A stretch of DNA of 63,279 nucleotides, the filler included, from Sphacelaria rigidula (lineage: Eukaryota), in assembly GCA_964200075.2 (NCBI GenBank). It is 5 parts of 5 records of this genome, joined end to end, with 100 filler letters (N's around TTAATTAATTAA, not from the genome) between each part and the next. Parts side by side here need not be neighbours in the genome. Positions count along the whole stretch, not along the records: positions 38,032 to 50,606 come from CAXNAA020003613.1; positions 50,707 to 63,279 come from CAXNAA020003614.1; 3 more parts are not named here. One strand, given 5' to 3'. This document shows, one piece after another, positions 38,100 to 50,806 of the stretch (position 1 is the stretch's first letter; each line of letters starts with the position of its first letter). The position numbers and the translations under genes are program-made. The notes beneath the pieces are model-generated. The model did no database searches and was not told where the DNA came from. It saw only the letters and a program-made list of their open reading frames with translations.

Positions 38100-40443
38100 T
38101 TACGAGTAAATACAGCCGACGGTTGTATACTTGTCTGCCAAGCTTGTGCCTTGGGCTGCACACTGTGCTCCTGCATTATACTGCCGCTTGCTCATCATTA
38201 CATCGCCCACCCCGTCACCTACTCCCGGAACGATCTTACAGTCCGGGGGCAGAGTTGCAACGCGTTCCTGCCGGCGTGATGCCATTTTGATACACTGGGC
38301 ATCACGACGACCGATATCCATGCGTGAAAAAAAATGTGCTATTGTGCTAGTGTTCCAAGGCCGCCGCTAGCAAGCCCCAAAAGCCGGGACTGCTGCCCCA
38401 ACCGAATTCTAGACACAGATCGACGACCGCCATATCACCAAACACGTACCCGAAATAAGCGGCCCGTGCTGGGTTCACCAACACCTGGCGAAATGCTTCC
38501 TTGACATCAATTTCACTCAGCACAATGCGGGCCGCGGGGCAAAATTTCTGTCGCAAGAACAAAATCCGCATCAGAACTTTACGCAGCACTCCACCGATGT
38601 CACACGGCGATGCCTGCAAAACGTCTGTGTCCGCATTAACACTGGTATGCGGCGCTCAACGGGGCGAAAAGGTGAGATCATGTATGATACGAAATTTGGG
38701 GTGCACCGCCACCCCAAGCGGGGACACACGAAATAGTTTGATATCGAAGATCCGTCTCACGTCGAATACCAGTGCGCGACCGTTGATAACATCCAGGCGC
38801 AGCTTTTCATATGTACGGTTCTGGTGCTCATCCACCCCACTTTGGTTCCCATGGTTAATCGCACTGACCAAAACACCCCCAGGTTGGACATCAACTGGTA
38901 CACCCCGTTCTAGCACCTTTGCCAACAGAGTGATATCCGGGAAACCCTTGAGGTCACCAAACCAACGACGAACACCTTGAACATCTACCTGCGATCCGAA
39001 AAATTCTCGTCCTACTCGGTTCACGAAAACTTCAACACTGCCGTCACACGCGTGCAGCATGGCCGAGCCTATATCTGCAATGCGGGTAAGGTGCGCTATC
39101 GCCTGCGTCCCCGTCAAGTCACGCAACTGCTCAACCGAGGATTTCCACCTCTTACTGCAGCATTGAAAATGATCATCATCACACACATCCAACATACCAA
39201 AATCACAGTTCGCCATGGAACCTGGCACCAGCACCTCACTCTCGCATCCGCCTTGCTACCGTCCCAGAGCGGCGCGTGCTAAGCCCCGTAACCCCATTCT
39301 ATTTTGGCATGTACCCATCCCGACTATCCTGTCCTGGGTTGGCCCCGCCTCAAGGCGAACCCCGCCCCCCTAGTCCGACCTTCCTGCACGCGCCGCCGTA
39401 CCATTGCCACCGCGGGAACCCCCGTCCTCACTAGAAGCTCCCCCGCCGTCATTGCTCCCGTCGGCAATCCGAACTCGCGGCCCCGATGCCTGCGTGGTCG
39501 GGGCCCGACTGCTGCCGCTGGTCCCGGGAACAGGGACCCCGGTGTCGGAGGTGCGGGTCCCACCGGACCGGCCGGCACCACTGCTGCCACTACCGGTGGC
39601 GGCGCTGGAGTTGCCATCGCCTCCCGATTGTGGCACGTCATGACTGAACCTGCATCTGTCCTCCCACCGACAGTGTCCGTAGTCCAGGAAAACGAAGCAC
39701 GGCTGGCTCCGCCGCACTCGCTCGGCCGCCGATGACCCGCTGTCTCCGGCTGCGGTGCCCCAATTCCCCGCAACCCGGTTGCCAGAGCTCGATCCACCCC
39801 CCCCCCCCCCCCCAGCGGTGGCGCTTCCTGAGCCCCTCCCTTCCGACGCGTCAACGTACCCCGCTCTCACCATTCGCACAGCGTTGCCCCCGGTCTCGAT
39901 GAACGAGTATAGCTAAGGAAAGGCGGGAACAGGCGAAGGAGGGAGAACGCCGACCGACGGTGGCGGCGAACAATTATTCGCGAACAAGTGCTGCGACCCC
40001 TGTGCCAAGGCATCAGACCACTTGCCGAGGTCAGAGTTGGTGATGAGGGTCGTGGTATCAGTACCCGCGTGCTGCGTCATCATATCGAAGTGAGAGTTGG
40101 TGTACGACCGAAGATCGGAGGTCATCTTCGCAAAGGCTGCCGTAAGCGCCTTCACCCGGCCGGCACACATCGCGTCCTCTGCCCCGGACCGCGCTCCCAG
40201 ACCGGCACCCAGCAAGCGCCGAAAGGCTTCACCCATCAGACCCAAACGATCCGGCAGGGATATCTTGTCGCTCGAACCAGATCCCGCCGCACCGTGCGGC
40301 ATGGTTGCTGCAACGTCAAGTAGAGAGATAGTGCGGAACATGCTCGCTACCTTCGAAGAGGCATGTATCATAGCACCCAGGACCCCCTGCAACTCAGGTG
40401 GACTGAATGATGTGCCGGCGGTTTGCCGGTGAGGAGCCACCAC
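38100..40443 (-). mobile_element. DIRS/Ngaro-type (tyrosine-recombinase class) retrotransposon remnant: gag-like ORF with CCCH finger + RT
   Basis: C-x8-C-x5-C-x3-H (CFVFLDYGHCRWEDRCRFSH, 39699-39640). RT motifs RVSPLGVAVHPKFRIIHDLTF, IDVKEAFRQVLV, VVDLCLEFGWGSSPGFW are typical of DIRS/Ngaro RTs. Stops at 38656 and 38347. Confidence 0.82.
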
Positions 40444-40444
40444 T

Positions 40445-41800
40445 TACGCGACGCGGCGTCCTCGTCCTCACATTTTGGACCAAAGAGCGGTTTGTTAGTG
40501 TACATGGATGACTTAGTCGCCTGTTCCTTTGCGTGGGAAAGCCACCTGACTGTACTGGAAGAATATTCAAAGCACTGAAAGAAGCAGGTCTCACTCTCAA
40601 GCCATGAAACGTACAGTTCGGACAAAAGGAGGTGAAGTAAATCGGTTACACCTTGTCCGCTGATGGCATAAAAATCGGGGAAGACCGCATAAAGGCCATA
40701 TTAGATTTACCCACGCCAACCAATTTCAAGCAGTTACGTTCGGTGCCAGGCACGATAAGTTTTGAAAGGAAACTTATTCCGAACTTCGCAGAATTGCGCC
40801 GGTGGTAGATCTCACGAAAAGAGGTAGCCAAGGAAGTATCTAAACGTTGGAATGCACAATACGATGCAGCTTTCGCAGAAGCAATTGTCTTCTCACGAGT
40901 GCTCCGGTCCTTCATTTCCCAGACTTTTCAAAAGAGTTCATCATCGAAGTGGAAGCGTCTGGAGAAGGTGCTGGCTCCATGGTTACCCAAGACAAGGAAG
41001 ACGGAGATGCGATCGTAGCGTATTTCAGCCATCGTTTTAATCATGCTCAGCGGCACTACTCTACCACCCTCAAGGAATGTTATGCCGTTGTATGAACAAT
41101 TAGCATTGGCGCCTGTTCTCTGGAGACGATATTTCACCTGTGTGACAGACCATGCAGCTCTCAGTCAGGTAGCTCCACTCGATGCAAGACATAAGCAACA
41201 TGTTGACAAGATGAGCGATAGCATTGCGGTCATATGACTTTACTGTGAAGCACATACGGAAATTAAACCTTGTTCCGGATACTCTGTCAAGGCTCTTCCA
41301 AGTTGAGCAGCAGCAAGAACATGAGATCAAGAACCTGCTCGCGCCAATATGTCGCGATGTTTCTAAGGACCCCGCGTCACACATGAAGAAAACCCCACTA
41401 GCCATATCACATTTCGGCCGAAAAACTGGACAATCTGAAACCAGTACAGAGCGATGGAGAGTTCTTCACCATCAAAGTCACACAAACGAGCGCTACACAT
41501 ATTTTCGCGTCTATAGACAAAGACAAGTTGCGAACCAAACAGGCAAACATGGCTCATATATTCAGTATCTGACTGACGAAAACGCACCCATACCGGAAAG
41601 CGAGACCCTGACATCAGTGTCCTATTGTGTGCTACGAGACGGTATTTTATTCAAGTAATACCTGCCAGGACACATTCGAAGAAAAGGCACCTATCGCGAC
41701 AGATAAGTGCTACCAGACGCTCTGAGTAATTTCGTTTTGCACTTGTATCACGACCATGTGTTGTCTGGAGGCCACCTAACATTTGAAGCCGATATACGAA
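40445..41800 (+). mobile_element. Degenerate Ty3/Gypsy RT-RNase H-integrase fragment
   Basis: LVYMDDL (YMDD 40501-40512), EAGLTLKP, LTSAPVLHFPDFSKEFIIEVEASGEGAG, VAYFSHRFNHAQRHYSTTLKECYAVV, FTCVTDHAAL, NLVPDTLSRL, LHLYHDHVLSGGHL. Confidence 0.9.
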
Positions 41801-42406
41801 AAAATGAAACTCGAACACCACAGTGTCAGCAACTCATAAACGTGTATCGAATCAAACATAAGTTGAATAATACGCGCTCACCTGTCTCGACATCTCCAAA
41901 TACGAGAAAAAAAAGCATACAAGTAAGGCGGGCTGGGAAAAACATTTTCGTCACATGCGGAAGACAGTATAACGTGATAACCATACGCTTCTCAAAATGT
42001 GGACGCGACAAACATAGTATTGAGACAGATTTCACGGCTGGAAATATGTCGACGGTGAAGAGAGATTTGGTCTAAGAATGAAGTTCTCATCAATGAAAGG
42101 GGACCTTGTTCACAAGGATTACCGTAAAAGGCCTTTCGACTCCGAGAAAAATACTCCAGGAATCGAAGGACACAATTTGTTTCTACCACCACTCTCTCCG
42201 ATATTGACCCGCCCCTGGTTACCCGTCATCACGCGGCCACCATGTGTTTCACTCCTCTGCAAGTCATGAGAAGGCCTTATATTGGTGGACTGTTGGATAC
42301 GGTAATCTGTGTCAATCGTTCGGCAGTTTTTAAATCACAAAGCAACACTCGCGTAAAATCAAAGCACAATAATTTGCCTTTTCGTATTCGTTTTCTACAC
42401 GAGCCC

Positions 42407-42720
42407 TCAGACGCCAGCCAGAAGAACTGGTGGATCACTGCTGTTAAGAGACTCCCCAGTCTCACTGGTCTCAGTTTCAGTTGGCAGCATTTACAACATT
42501 TCATTATCCGGAGTGCCCTTACAAGTACAGCTCCATAGACCCGCAGGGGTATCATCCCTGAGTCCCCCGTCACTATCCAGAATCCTACCGGAGTCCTCCA
42601 GAATCTTCGTGCCCCCGCTCATTATCCAGAACCCTCCCGGAGTCCTCCAGGATCCCCGTGCCCCCGGTCATTAATCATATCGTCACTACCAACTAAACGC
42701 GATGGCGTAGTTTTGTCACA
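42407..42720 (-). repeat. 3' LTR of the minus-strand Gypsy element
   Basis: Direct repeat of 47039-47302. Ends GTCACA at 42720 and carries one extra ~45-50-bp internal repeat unit. Confidence 0.9.
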
Positions 42721-45700
42721 GCACCCCCCAAAGCACATTGGACGAAAATCGATCGACAAGCTTGACACATAGAAAACGCCAAGACGATGAGTACGTCACA
42801 ACTGAATACCAAACTCACGCATAATGCGAGCAACAACGGCACAAGTCACGCGCAATTGACGCAACCCCTTCGTGAGAAATTCCGGAGCGGCCTCAAAATT
42901 ATCCTTGAAAGGCTCGCACGTACGCTCCTCAACGTCGAAACCAACCCAGTCGACCAACACGATCAACGAACGATCGTCTGCTTCTGCCACTCGGACAATA
43001 CCAGCCATAGGAAACTGCCCCTGATCGAAAGCATGTTGGGACACGTCCTTAACGTCATCCGTAACATTAAGCTGCGAGTCTACATCAAAACGCAAACGAG
43101 CTACATGGGCGGTCTGAACACGAGCTGAAACAATGTTTTAGATCTCACACACGTGTGGGTAGTGAGCCCCAACTACTCTCCACGGACGAGTCCACGTCGC
43201 CATCAACTTGGGCGTAACGCCCGGACGACGCACGCGTGCATACAAGACATAGTCGCCTACCTCGAGATTCGACAGTTTCAGCTCCGACTACCCCTCACGT
43301 CTACGCGCACGTTCAACGGCAGCACACTCCTGCACTTGAACGTGGGAACGTTCTTGCAAGTCCAAGACTCCTTGCAATACACACCTGATTTGATCATCAT
43401 CCAAGACATCACAATTCCGTTCCCCCGCCGACGAAGACGCCAACACCGGGAAATACGTCCGAGGAGCACGACCAAACATCACGTGGTACGGCGTACTATC
43501 GTTACGACGACGATACGCTATATTTAGCGCCCATTGCACCGCAGGCAACACGTCCACCCACTCGGATTCCGCTCTACGCCGCTCAAGAAGAATAGAGCAA
43601 AGAGCACGGACGACTTCCTTGACCATGCGTTCGCACGTACCGTCAGACTACGGAGAATACGCCACCGCAAACTGGTGATCAACGCGCAAAGCCTCTCGCA
43701 ATCGGGCCAAGATCGCATGCTTGAAATGCGTGGCGGTATCACTCACCCACACACGCGTCATCCCCAACGTTTTGCACCAATTTAGCAAAGACGCAGCAGT
43801 CTATTCAGCAGTACACACTGCTACAGGTTCCAGAGACACGAAGTTGCTCCAATCATCCATGATTACCAAAATGTATCTGAACCCAGCATCCTCCGACAAA
43901 TCTTGGGAAGCTAGCGGGCCACTCTCGCCCACGTATAAGAAGTCAAAATAAACGACTTCATTCGGCATGGTCCCATGGATCGCTTCAACGAGTGGGCGGG
44001 GAACAACATCGCCCACTCTCGAGTCAGCACAGTGAAGACACTGGCGGGCAAATTCGCGCACATGAATTTCTATTCCCTGCAAGACACAAACGCTTGTAAG
44101 CGCACGAGTGTCGCAGCCACACCACGATGCCCGGCGTCGCGCATGTGCGCGCAAATCATCAGACGTACCTGCAACTGCTTGTCAGAACTCGGGATCCACG
44201 ATACGTTTTGGACACGAACATGCACACGAAACAGACCTACGTTGTCCAAAATAGCAGTTTCAACGTCCGACTCGAAAGATTGCACATCCGCATCTTCGGC
44301 CCCAAGTTATTTCCGTTGCGCTTGGCAGACAACAGACTTGGACGGCATCGAGTCATCAGATTCACACGGACCATACATAGCCACAGCACGCACAGGCAAA
44401 GCCGGGATATTCACCCAACGCGAAAGCAAGTCACCGCACGCGTTACGGTCACCGGAACTATGGCAAATCGAGTGATGATACTGGCCAAGAACACCTTTCC
44501 ATCCCTCCAAACGTTGTGCCAATGCCTTCGACACAGACGTAACGCACGCTTCCGGGGTGAAAATATATACGAGATTTAGGTGACCCGTGAAAATGTGCAC
44601 GCCACCATCCCACAAAAGATGCTCCAAATGATGAAAAGTGCTCATAATAGCAAAACCTTCCTTGTTAATTGTGGCCCAGCGCAACTGCGAACCCTTGAAA
44701 TTGCCACTGAGGAAAGCCAGCGGCTCATGCGTCACATCCTCGACCGGCAAGCGTCGTCGCATTTCAACTTCAGGCACCTGCGTGACAAAAGTACCCCAAT
44801 GGAACTCAGATGCATCCGGAAACATTGACACCTGATAATCAGGACGAGGATGGAACAGCGTCACGGCATGAGCCACCAGATCCTTCACTGCCGCCCACGC
44901 CTGCAGCCCGCCCTCCGTCCACGATGCAGGAAGAATAGACCGGGTTTTTGCCACACGCTTCGTCCGCCTCACAGCAGTCGTCGTAAGGTTTTCGAGGCGA
45001 ACGCGAGGGAGCTAGGATTTCTGCCATACGCAGCGACGAGGTACACAGCCAATTCATGGTCTGAAGGAATTGCACGAGTTCTGCGGCCGTCTCCGGGCGC
45101 CGCATGTCAGACAAGCCTTCAATTTGACAGGGTCGTGAGATACGCGTTCATGTGAGTACACTTTCCCACACCACACGAGTTCACTTGCGAAAAAGGTACA
45201 CTTGTGCGCAGCCGCAAAGAAAACAACACTCTCTAAACGAGCACTCAACAGATCAAGCATATTTGACCCTTTGTTGGGCATCACACCCGGTGACTTCTAA
45301 TCCTGCTCATTCACGACCTTGTAGTTGCTCACCAGGCGAAACGAGTCCTTTTTTGGAATCGCCATAGCTGGACTGGACCACACCGCCTGCAAGTTCTGGA
45401 ACACCAACCGGAGCGCCAAAAGAGCCGCCATACACGACGCCAACCAACTCGACTTCACCGGATCGTACTGCCGCGGCTTTGTCTTCACCGAGGTTTCAGC
45501 TGAACACGCATGGGCTCCACGCGCAGGGGGATCACCCCGCAGCGCACGACGAAATACGATGATGCGGCGATGCAAGATGCCGCGCAGGCGCTCCGTGTTT
45601 GAGACGCTGAGACCTTTCGCCACAGCATCCGTCACGCTCTCCTCCAGCGCGACCTTCCGAGCGGACCCCTTCCACCGGATCCATAGACATCTCCGGGTCG

Positions 45701-47022
45701 CGCTCCACTAAGCCTTCCATCGCACCATCCCGCTACTCGGTCACCTGCCTCCCAGCCTCCTGGAAAGCATCCACCGACAAGCTCACGCGACGACTTTCCG
45801 AAAAGGCCAGCGTCTCCAAGCGCGGACCAGGCGGAGACATCCGCGTCGTGATGGATTCCCACAACCGCTACGGGTCGACTTCAAGATCCTGAAGCGTCGA
45901 CAACCCCAGAAGAATCACGACATCCGGGGGGGGCTCTCCACCGGAAGACGTTGGGCAATCGCGCGCGTGATGGCCGACCTGGCCACAGCGGTGGCAGGTG
46001 ATGGTCGCGGCGCGGCCGGCCGATTTCGAGCCGTGGTGGCGCAAAGACTTCGGCGCGGAGGTGGACGGCTGGCCGAACACCTCTATCTTCCGCCATTCCT
46101 TGGCCTCGGCCACGATAATGTCCACTACCAGGTAAGGGTCGGCCTTTCAATTTGTTTCGCGCTGTAACTTAACAAGCACGACTTGCCTAAATTTTTCCGG
46201 TGCCAACCCCTCCACGAAAGCCTTGGTGATTACTGCAGAAGGGCCGGGAATGAATTCACCATCGGGGGAACGATATACTAGTTCCACGTTCGGATTTTCC
46301 GATACGTATTTATCCAGATTAGACAAGATCGGCTCCACCCGCTCTTGCACCGTTTTTTTCCCCGAGGCCTTACGGCGACAGCTTTTTCCACGGCCGTGGG
46401 CGCCTGGATCAACTCCACCTCGGCGCCCGCCGCATGTCCAGCATGCTTTTGATCACCGCAACTAATTGCGGTGGGGTTATTGTACTCTTATCAAGGTCCA
46501 CACGAGCAAACACTCTCTGCACATGCGTTGACACTTGTTGAGCCATCGACACTACCTGTTGTCGCACAGCACCCCCTGCGTTAGCGTGCTCCAGACGCTT
46601 CCTGTACTCAAAGTACTTGGTGTAGAAAGTGCGAGATGCAGTCTCGGAGCACGTATCCCCGTATCGGGGAGGTCGCAACTCTTGCCGCATAACCACGGGC
46701 GTCACGCTGGACTCAGCACGCGACCCGGTCGCCATAGCAGCAGCCGGCTGCCTGCGAATCTTTAGCAGGCCAACGGACCGTCGCGAATTTCACACTTCAA
46801 GCTTGCTTCGTCGCCGCACCACACAGTCGTAGGAGCCTCCAAACTCCCGCTGCACGCAGCCTCAGCAAATCTCCAGTCTGGATCAATCACAGGCCAACTG
46901 CCTTCCTACCGATCACCTCAGCTTGAACCCCCTTCACGCGTCCGTGGTGAATCAGGTTGTCCCCAGCTACCAGAATCTTCCACCGTAATTCTTCCAGCAG
47001 GTTCCGCTAGGTACTAGCTCTA

Positions 47023-47034
47023 GCACTAATATCA
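47023..47034 (-). promoter_or_regulatory. Degenerate primer-binding site (tRNA-iMet type)
   Basis: Minus strand TGATATTAGTGC, 4 nt inside the 5' LTR; 9/12 match to TGGTATCAGAGC. Confidence 0.5.
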
Positions 47035-47038
47035 ATAT

Positions 47039-47302
47039 TGTGACGCCAGCCAGCAGAACTGGTGGATCACTGCGGTGAAGAGACCCCCCAGCCTCACTGG
47101 CCTCAGTTTCAGTTGTCAGACTTTACAACATTTCATTACCCGAAGTGCCCTTACAAGCACAGCCTCATAGACCCGCAGGGTATCACCCCCGTGTCCCCCG
47201 TCATTATCCAGAATCCTAACGGAATCCTCCAGAATCCCTGTGCCCCCGGTCATTATCCAGATCATCACTACCAACTCGAAGTAACGGCGTAATTTCGTCA
47301 CA
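47039..47302 (-). repeat. 5' LTR of the minus-strand Gypsy element (264 bp)
   Basis: TGTGACG...CGTCACA termini; homologous to 42407-42720. Confidence 0.92.
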
Positions 47303-47731
47303 GCCGGTAGGAGAACATCGATAATGTTTATTGGTTAGTAGTGTTTTTCAACACCCAGTATAGAGGATATGACGCGTTCAACTGCGGGCCACTATAGAAT
47401 TATCTCAGAAACATATATGAAATAGACTCCGTAAAATATCATTATCTCGAATGCTCGCCACGATCCCTGCAAGATGGACTCGAGGCACATCAGAGGGGGG
47501 GTGGTGTGGAGATCGCAATATTGCATGTGCGGAGAGATTTCTTTCATCACGTGGAAACCGAACAACGGCTCTTGCAGGTGCAGCTTGTGGCTGGAAACTG
47601 CCCGGGAGCTCCGAAACTCCCACATCTGTACAGCGGAATCTGGGACCCCAGGTAACAGGGAACCATGCCGGTGAACTACCATCAAGCTCCATGGGGATCA
47701 CTGGAAACTAACATGCCCCTACCTAACCGGT

Positions 47732-47981
47732 GACTGCTGCCGAGATAGCCCCCCCCCCGAACCGGCCAAAAATGTGCACGGAGGCGATGATCATAAATGC
47801 CGTTAGAGCTGGTTTCGTGTTCCACGACGCGATTTATTTGGGCGTTATAGCTGATTTCGGACTGCTACAAGCCGTTTATGTGGGCGGAATCGCTGCAAAC
47901 GAGCCCAATAGTGGGATCGCAGCCGGTTTGTCGAACGGTCTCCCGTGCACTTTTTGTGGGGGGGCTATCTCGGCATTAGTC
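47732..47981. mobile_element. 250-bp GACT-MITE, second copy, 4-bp TSD CGGT
   Basis: GACTGCTGCCGAGATAGCCCC...GGGGCTATCTCGGCATTAGTC. CGGT at 47728-47731 and 47982-47985. Reverse-complement homolog of 11649-11898. Confidence 0.9.
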
Positions 47982-50606
47982 CGGTACCTGGTGATCCAAT
48001 AGTCTAAGCACTCGACTACGGTCAATCCTTGCCCACGTAGCACGAGGAAATCATCGGCCGCCTTCGACATTTGCTACCGTCCACCGGAAGTCCCTCCACA
48101 TCATCACTTTTTCACGTGCAAAATGCCGGGAACAAAACCTCATCCACCCTGGCGGTCAAAGGGTTGAGCACCGACATAGTAGTGATGACGAGAGGAAGAG
48201 GACGCAAAGAACAGTCGCGTACGTGGCCGCTGATATAGCTGTGTCGGCGCTGAAAATGATTTATGAGTTATATCCCTTTTGGAGGCCGCAAAGGTCTGTT
48301 TTGGGAATCCCGCCTCTAACAGTATTCGCCAGGTTTCAAACGTGAGCAGTAGCGTAGGCGTAGATGGCCACAATTAGACTGAGTGGGCGCTAGAATGAAT
48401 ATCTGAGTTTCACAAGGCTTTCATTGGTTCATCCAAAAGAACAGGAACCTCGTACACCACTCGCTCGCTTTATGGCCATCCCCGAAACGTTGACAGGACT
48501 CTTACCTCCCGGATTCTCGGAACAAATGGCTGCGCGGCTCAGAAGAGGCCATCAACATTTCGTCGCCGATATGTTGGGGAAGCTCGGTATACCCTCCTTC
48601 CTCCGGAATTGTCGCGCTGTTTTCACAACGAGTACAGAACAATTTTTCACGGGGTAAACGTTTCACGGGGAAAACGACGGAACGGACAGCATTCCCGTCC
48701 CGCCCCGTCGTGTTTCAGAGGGCGGACTCTCCGTCCCGTCGTATATTTCTAGGGGCGCACTCCCAGTCTCGCGTTTTGTTCACAACAGGAAATTTTTCCG
48801 TCCGGTCCTGTTGGTTTTTCGAGGACGGAAATGTTCCCATCCCGTCCTGACACCGTCCGGTTTTTTCCGTTTCCATCCCGTCCTCACGGGATATTCGTGG
48901 CTGTTCCCCTCCATGCTCAAGGGATATCCGTCCCCATAGGACGTCCCGTTAATGGAATGAGAAATCCCGCCCAATCTCACCGGAAAACGAAGATATATTA
49001 TGCTGGAGTATCTTGGATTTTTATCACGTAGGAGTCATGTATCTTGCAAACAGAAACGGAGTCTGCGATGTTTTGGTCTACTGATGCAGGAAGACATCGT
49101 TTTTACAAAATCCTGGTCTCAGCGCAGACATTTCAAGCTGAGGGCACACATGTCGCGTGACGATGGGACGGGACGAGAATCTCACCGGAAGACAATTATT
49201 CCTTCACGTGACAAAAGGATGAGACGAGTAGTTTCCGTCCAGTCCCGTCCCCATGTTTTTTCCGGGGGCGTATTGGGCCAAAATACGCACTTGACAAAAA
49301 AACAGTAATCGAAAATCGAGTCGAGTGTTTTCGCCTCAATTTGCCTCCGAAATCCGATGGATGATTGAACAAGCTTCGTTCCTTATCATCAAGCCGTAAC
49401 GCCTACCCCAACCCAAACCTCGAACAACCCAAGGCAGATTGAGAACCCTCGGACGAGAGAGGTGCACATAGTGCTTCCTCCACAGTATGCAAACTGTCCT
49501 GTGGTTGGACCAAAACGCGCGCTGTGCGCGCTGCGCACGCTACGCATACGCTGAGCGAGTGCTTGGAATCATTCCCTTTCCGTCTCATCCCCTTGTTGCT
49601 TTGGCAACGGAAAAAACTCCCGTCCCGTCCTGACCCGTCTTGACAAAGTTTTCGTGAGATAAACATTGTGGTGTGAAAAAATGATTCCTCCGCGGACTTG
49701 CGGGAATTTTCGCCTTTTATATGGTGGTACCCACATCGCCTCCCTCCTCCCCCCCCCCCCTTCATGAGCGCCTTCGTCAGTTAAAGTAACGATAAGAGGT
49801 TTGTAGGGGTAACCTTTTTCGCCAGGTAGCGAGTGTTGCTACGGTAGGGGTACAGAAATAGTTCCTGAGATTAGAATTGTTAGGAGCCCCTTCTCTCACC
49901 CACAACACGACTTATGAAAATATGCGAGAGTACGCCAGGATTACTATTCCAATGTGCTGGGAATATCCCGAATAAATCTGCAAACGGGGCTGGCCCATAT
50001 GCTTGTGCGTCTAGAATCGTTAGGAGCCTCTGAACCAGACAAAATTTCGCGAAAAAAGTGCACCCCTACCGTAGCATTGCTCTAGCGGTGAGGATGTACA
50101 TCTTTCTTCACATCTCTCCCACGTGTGTCGGGTTGCCAAATGCACAGTCTCCACACAAGAGTTTACCGTGAGACGGTGAGCTCTGCTTCGAAGTCCCCAC
50201 CTTGCGTCTGGTCTCCTACTATTTTTACGACCTTTTGCTGCCCACTCTAATGTTTGGGTGAGTGATGCCGCGATAGCCCCCCCCCCCCCCCCCCCCCCCC
50301 CACCACCNNNNNNNNNNTTTGTCCCGCTCCTTGTGTTTGGGTGGGTGTGCGGCCGCCGCCCCCCCCCCCCCCCCCCCCCTCCCCGAACCAGCCCCAAAAC
50401 TGTCAACAAGAAAATGATCATGCAACGCATGATAGCTAGTTTCAAACTGCATGAAACGCCTCCTAAGGGTAACATTGGGGAAAATGATCGTGCCCGACTA
50501 CTCGGTGTGCTCGGGCTTTGTCGTTGTCATTTACATGTAACAACAAATTGTGCGAATTGAGGTTTAACTTTGAGATGAGGTTCAAGCCTAAAACAGTGCT
50601 TTCCCC

Positions 50607-50706
50607 NNNNNNNNNNNNNNNNNNNNNNNNNNNNNNNNNNNNNNNNNNNNTTAATTAATTAANNNNNNNNNNNNNNNNNNNNNNNNNNNNNNNNNNNNNN
50701 NNNNNN
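50607..50706. other. Artificial contig linker
   Basis: N44-TTAATTAATTAA-N44. A separate N10 gap lies at 50308-50317. Confidence 0.98.
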
Positions 50707-50774
50707 GGCTTTGGCGTGGCGGGGAGGGGGGGGGGTGGGGGGGGTGGGGTGGGGTGGAGGGGGCGCAATGTGGC

Positions 50775-50806
<32 letters not shown>

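Larger units (their letters stand above)
42407..47302 (-). mobile_element. Ty3/Gypsy chromodomain LTR retrotransposon with both LTRs; internally deleted and decayed
   Basis: Paired LTRs. gag from 46735 with CCHC (CHRCGQVGHHARDC); RT (KDSFRLVSNYKVVN; AAHKCTFF); RNase H (MFPDASEFHWG, HEPLAFLSGNF, KEGFAI); integrase (CAHMRDAGHRG, CLHC, YILVIMDDWS); chromodomain (VLVDWVGFDVEERTCEP, 43095-42796). PPT GGGGGG at 42729-42724. Confidence 0.93.
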
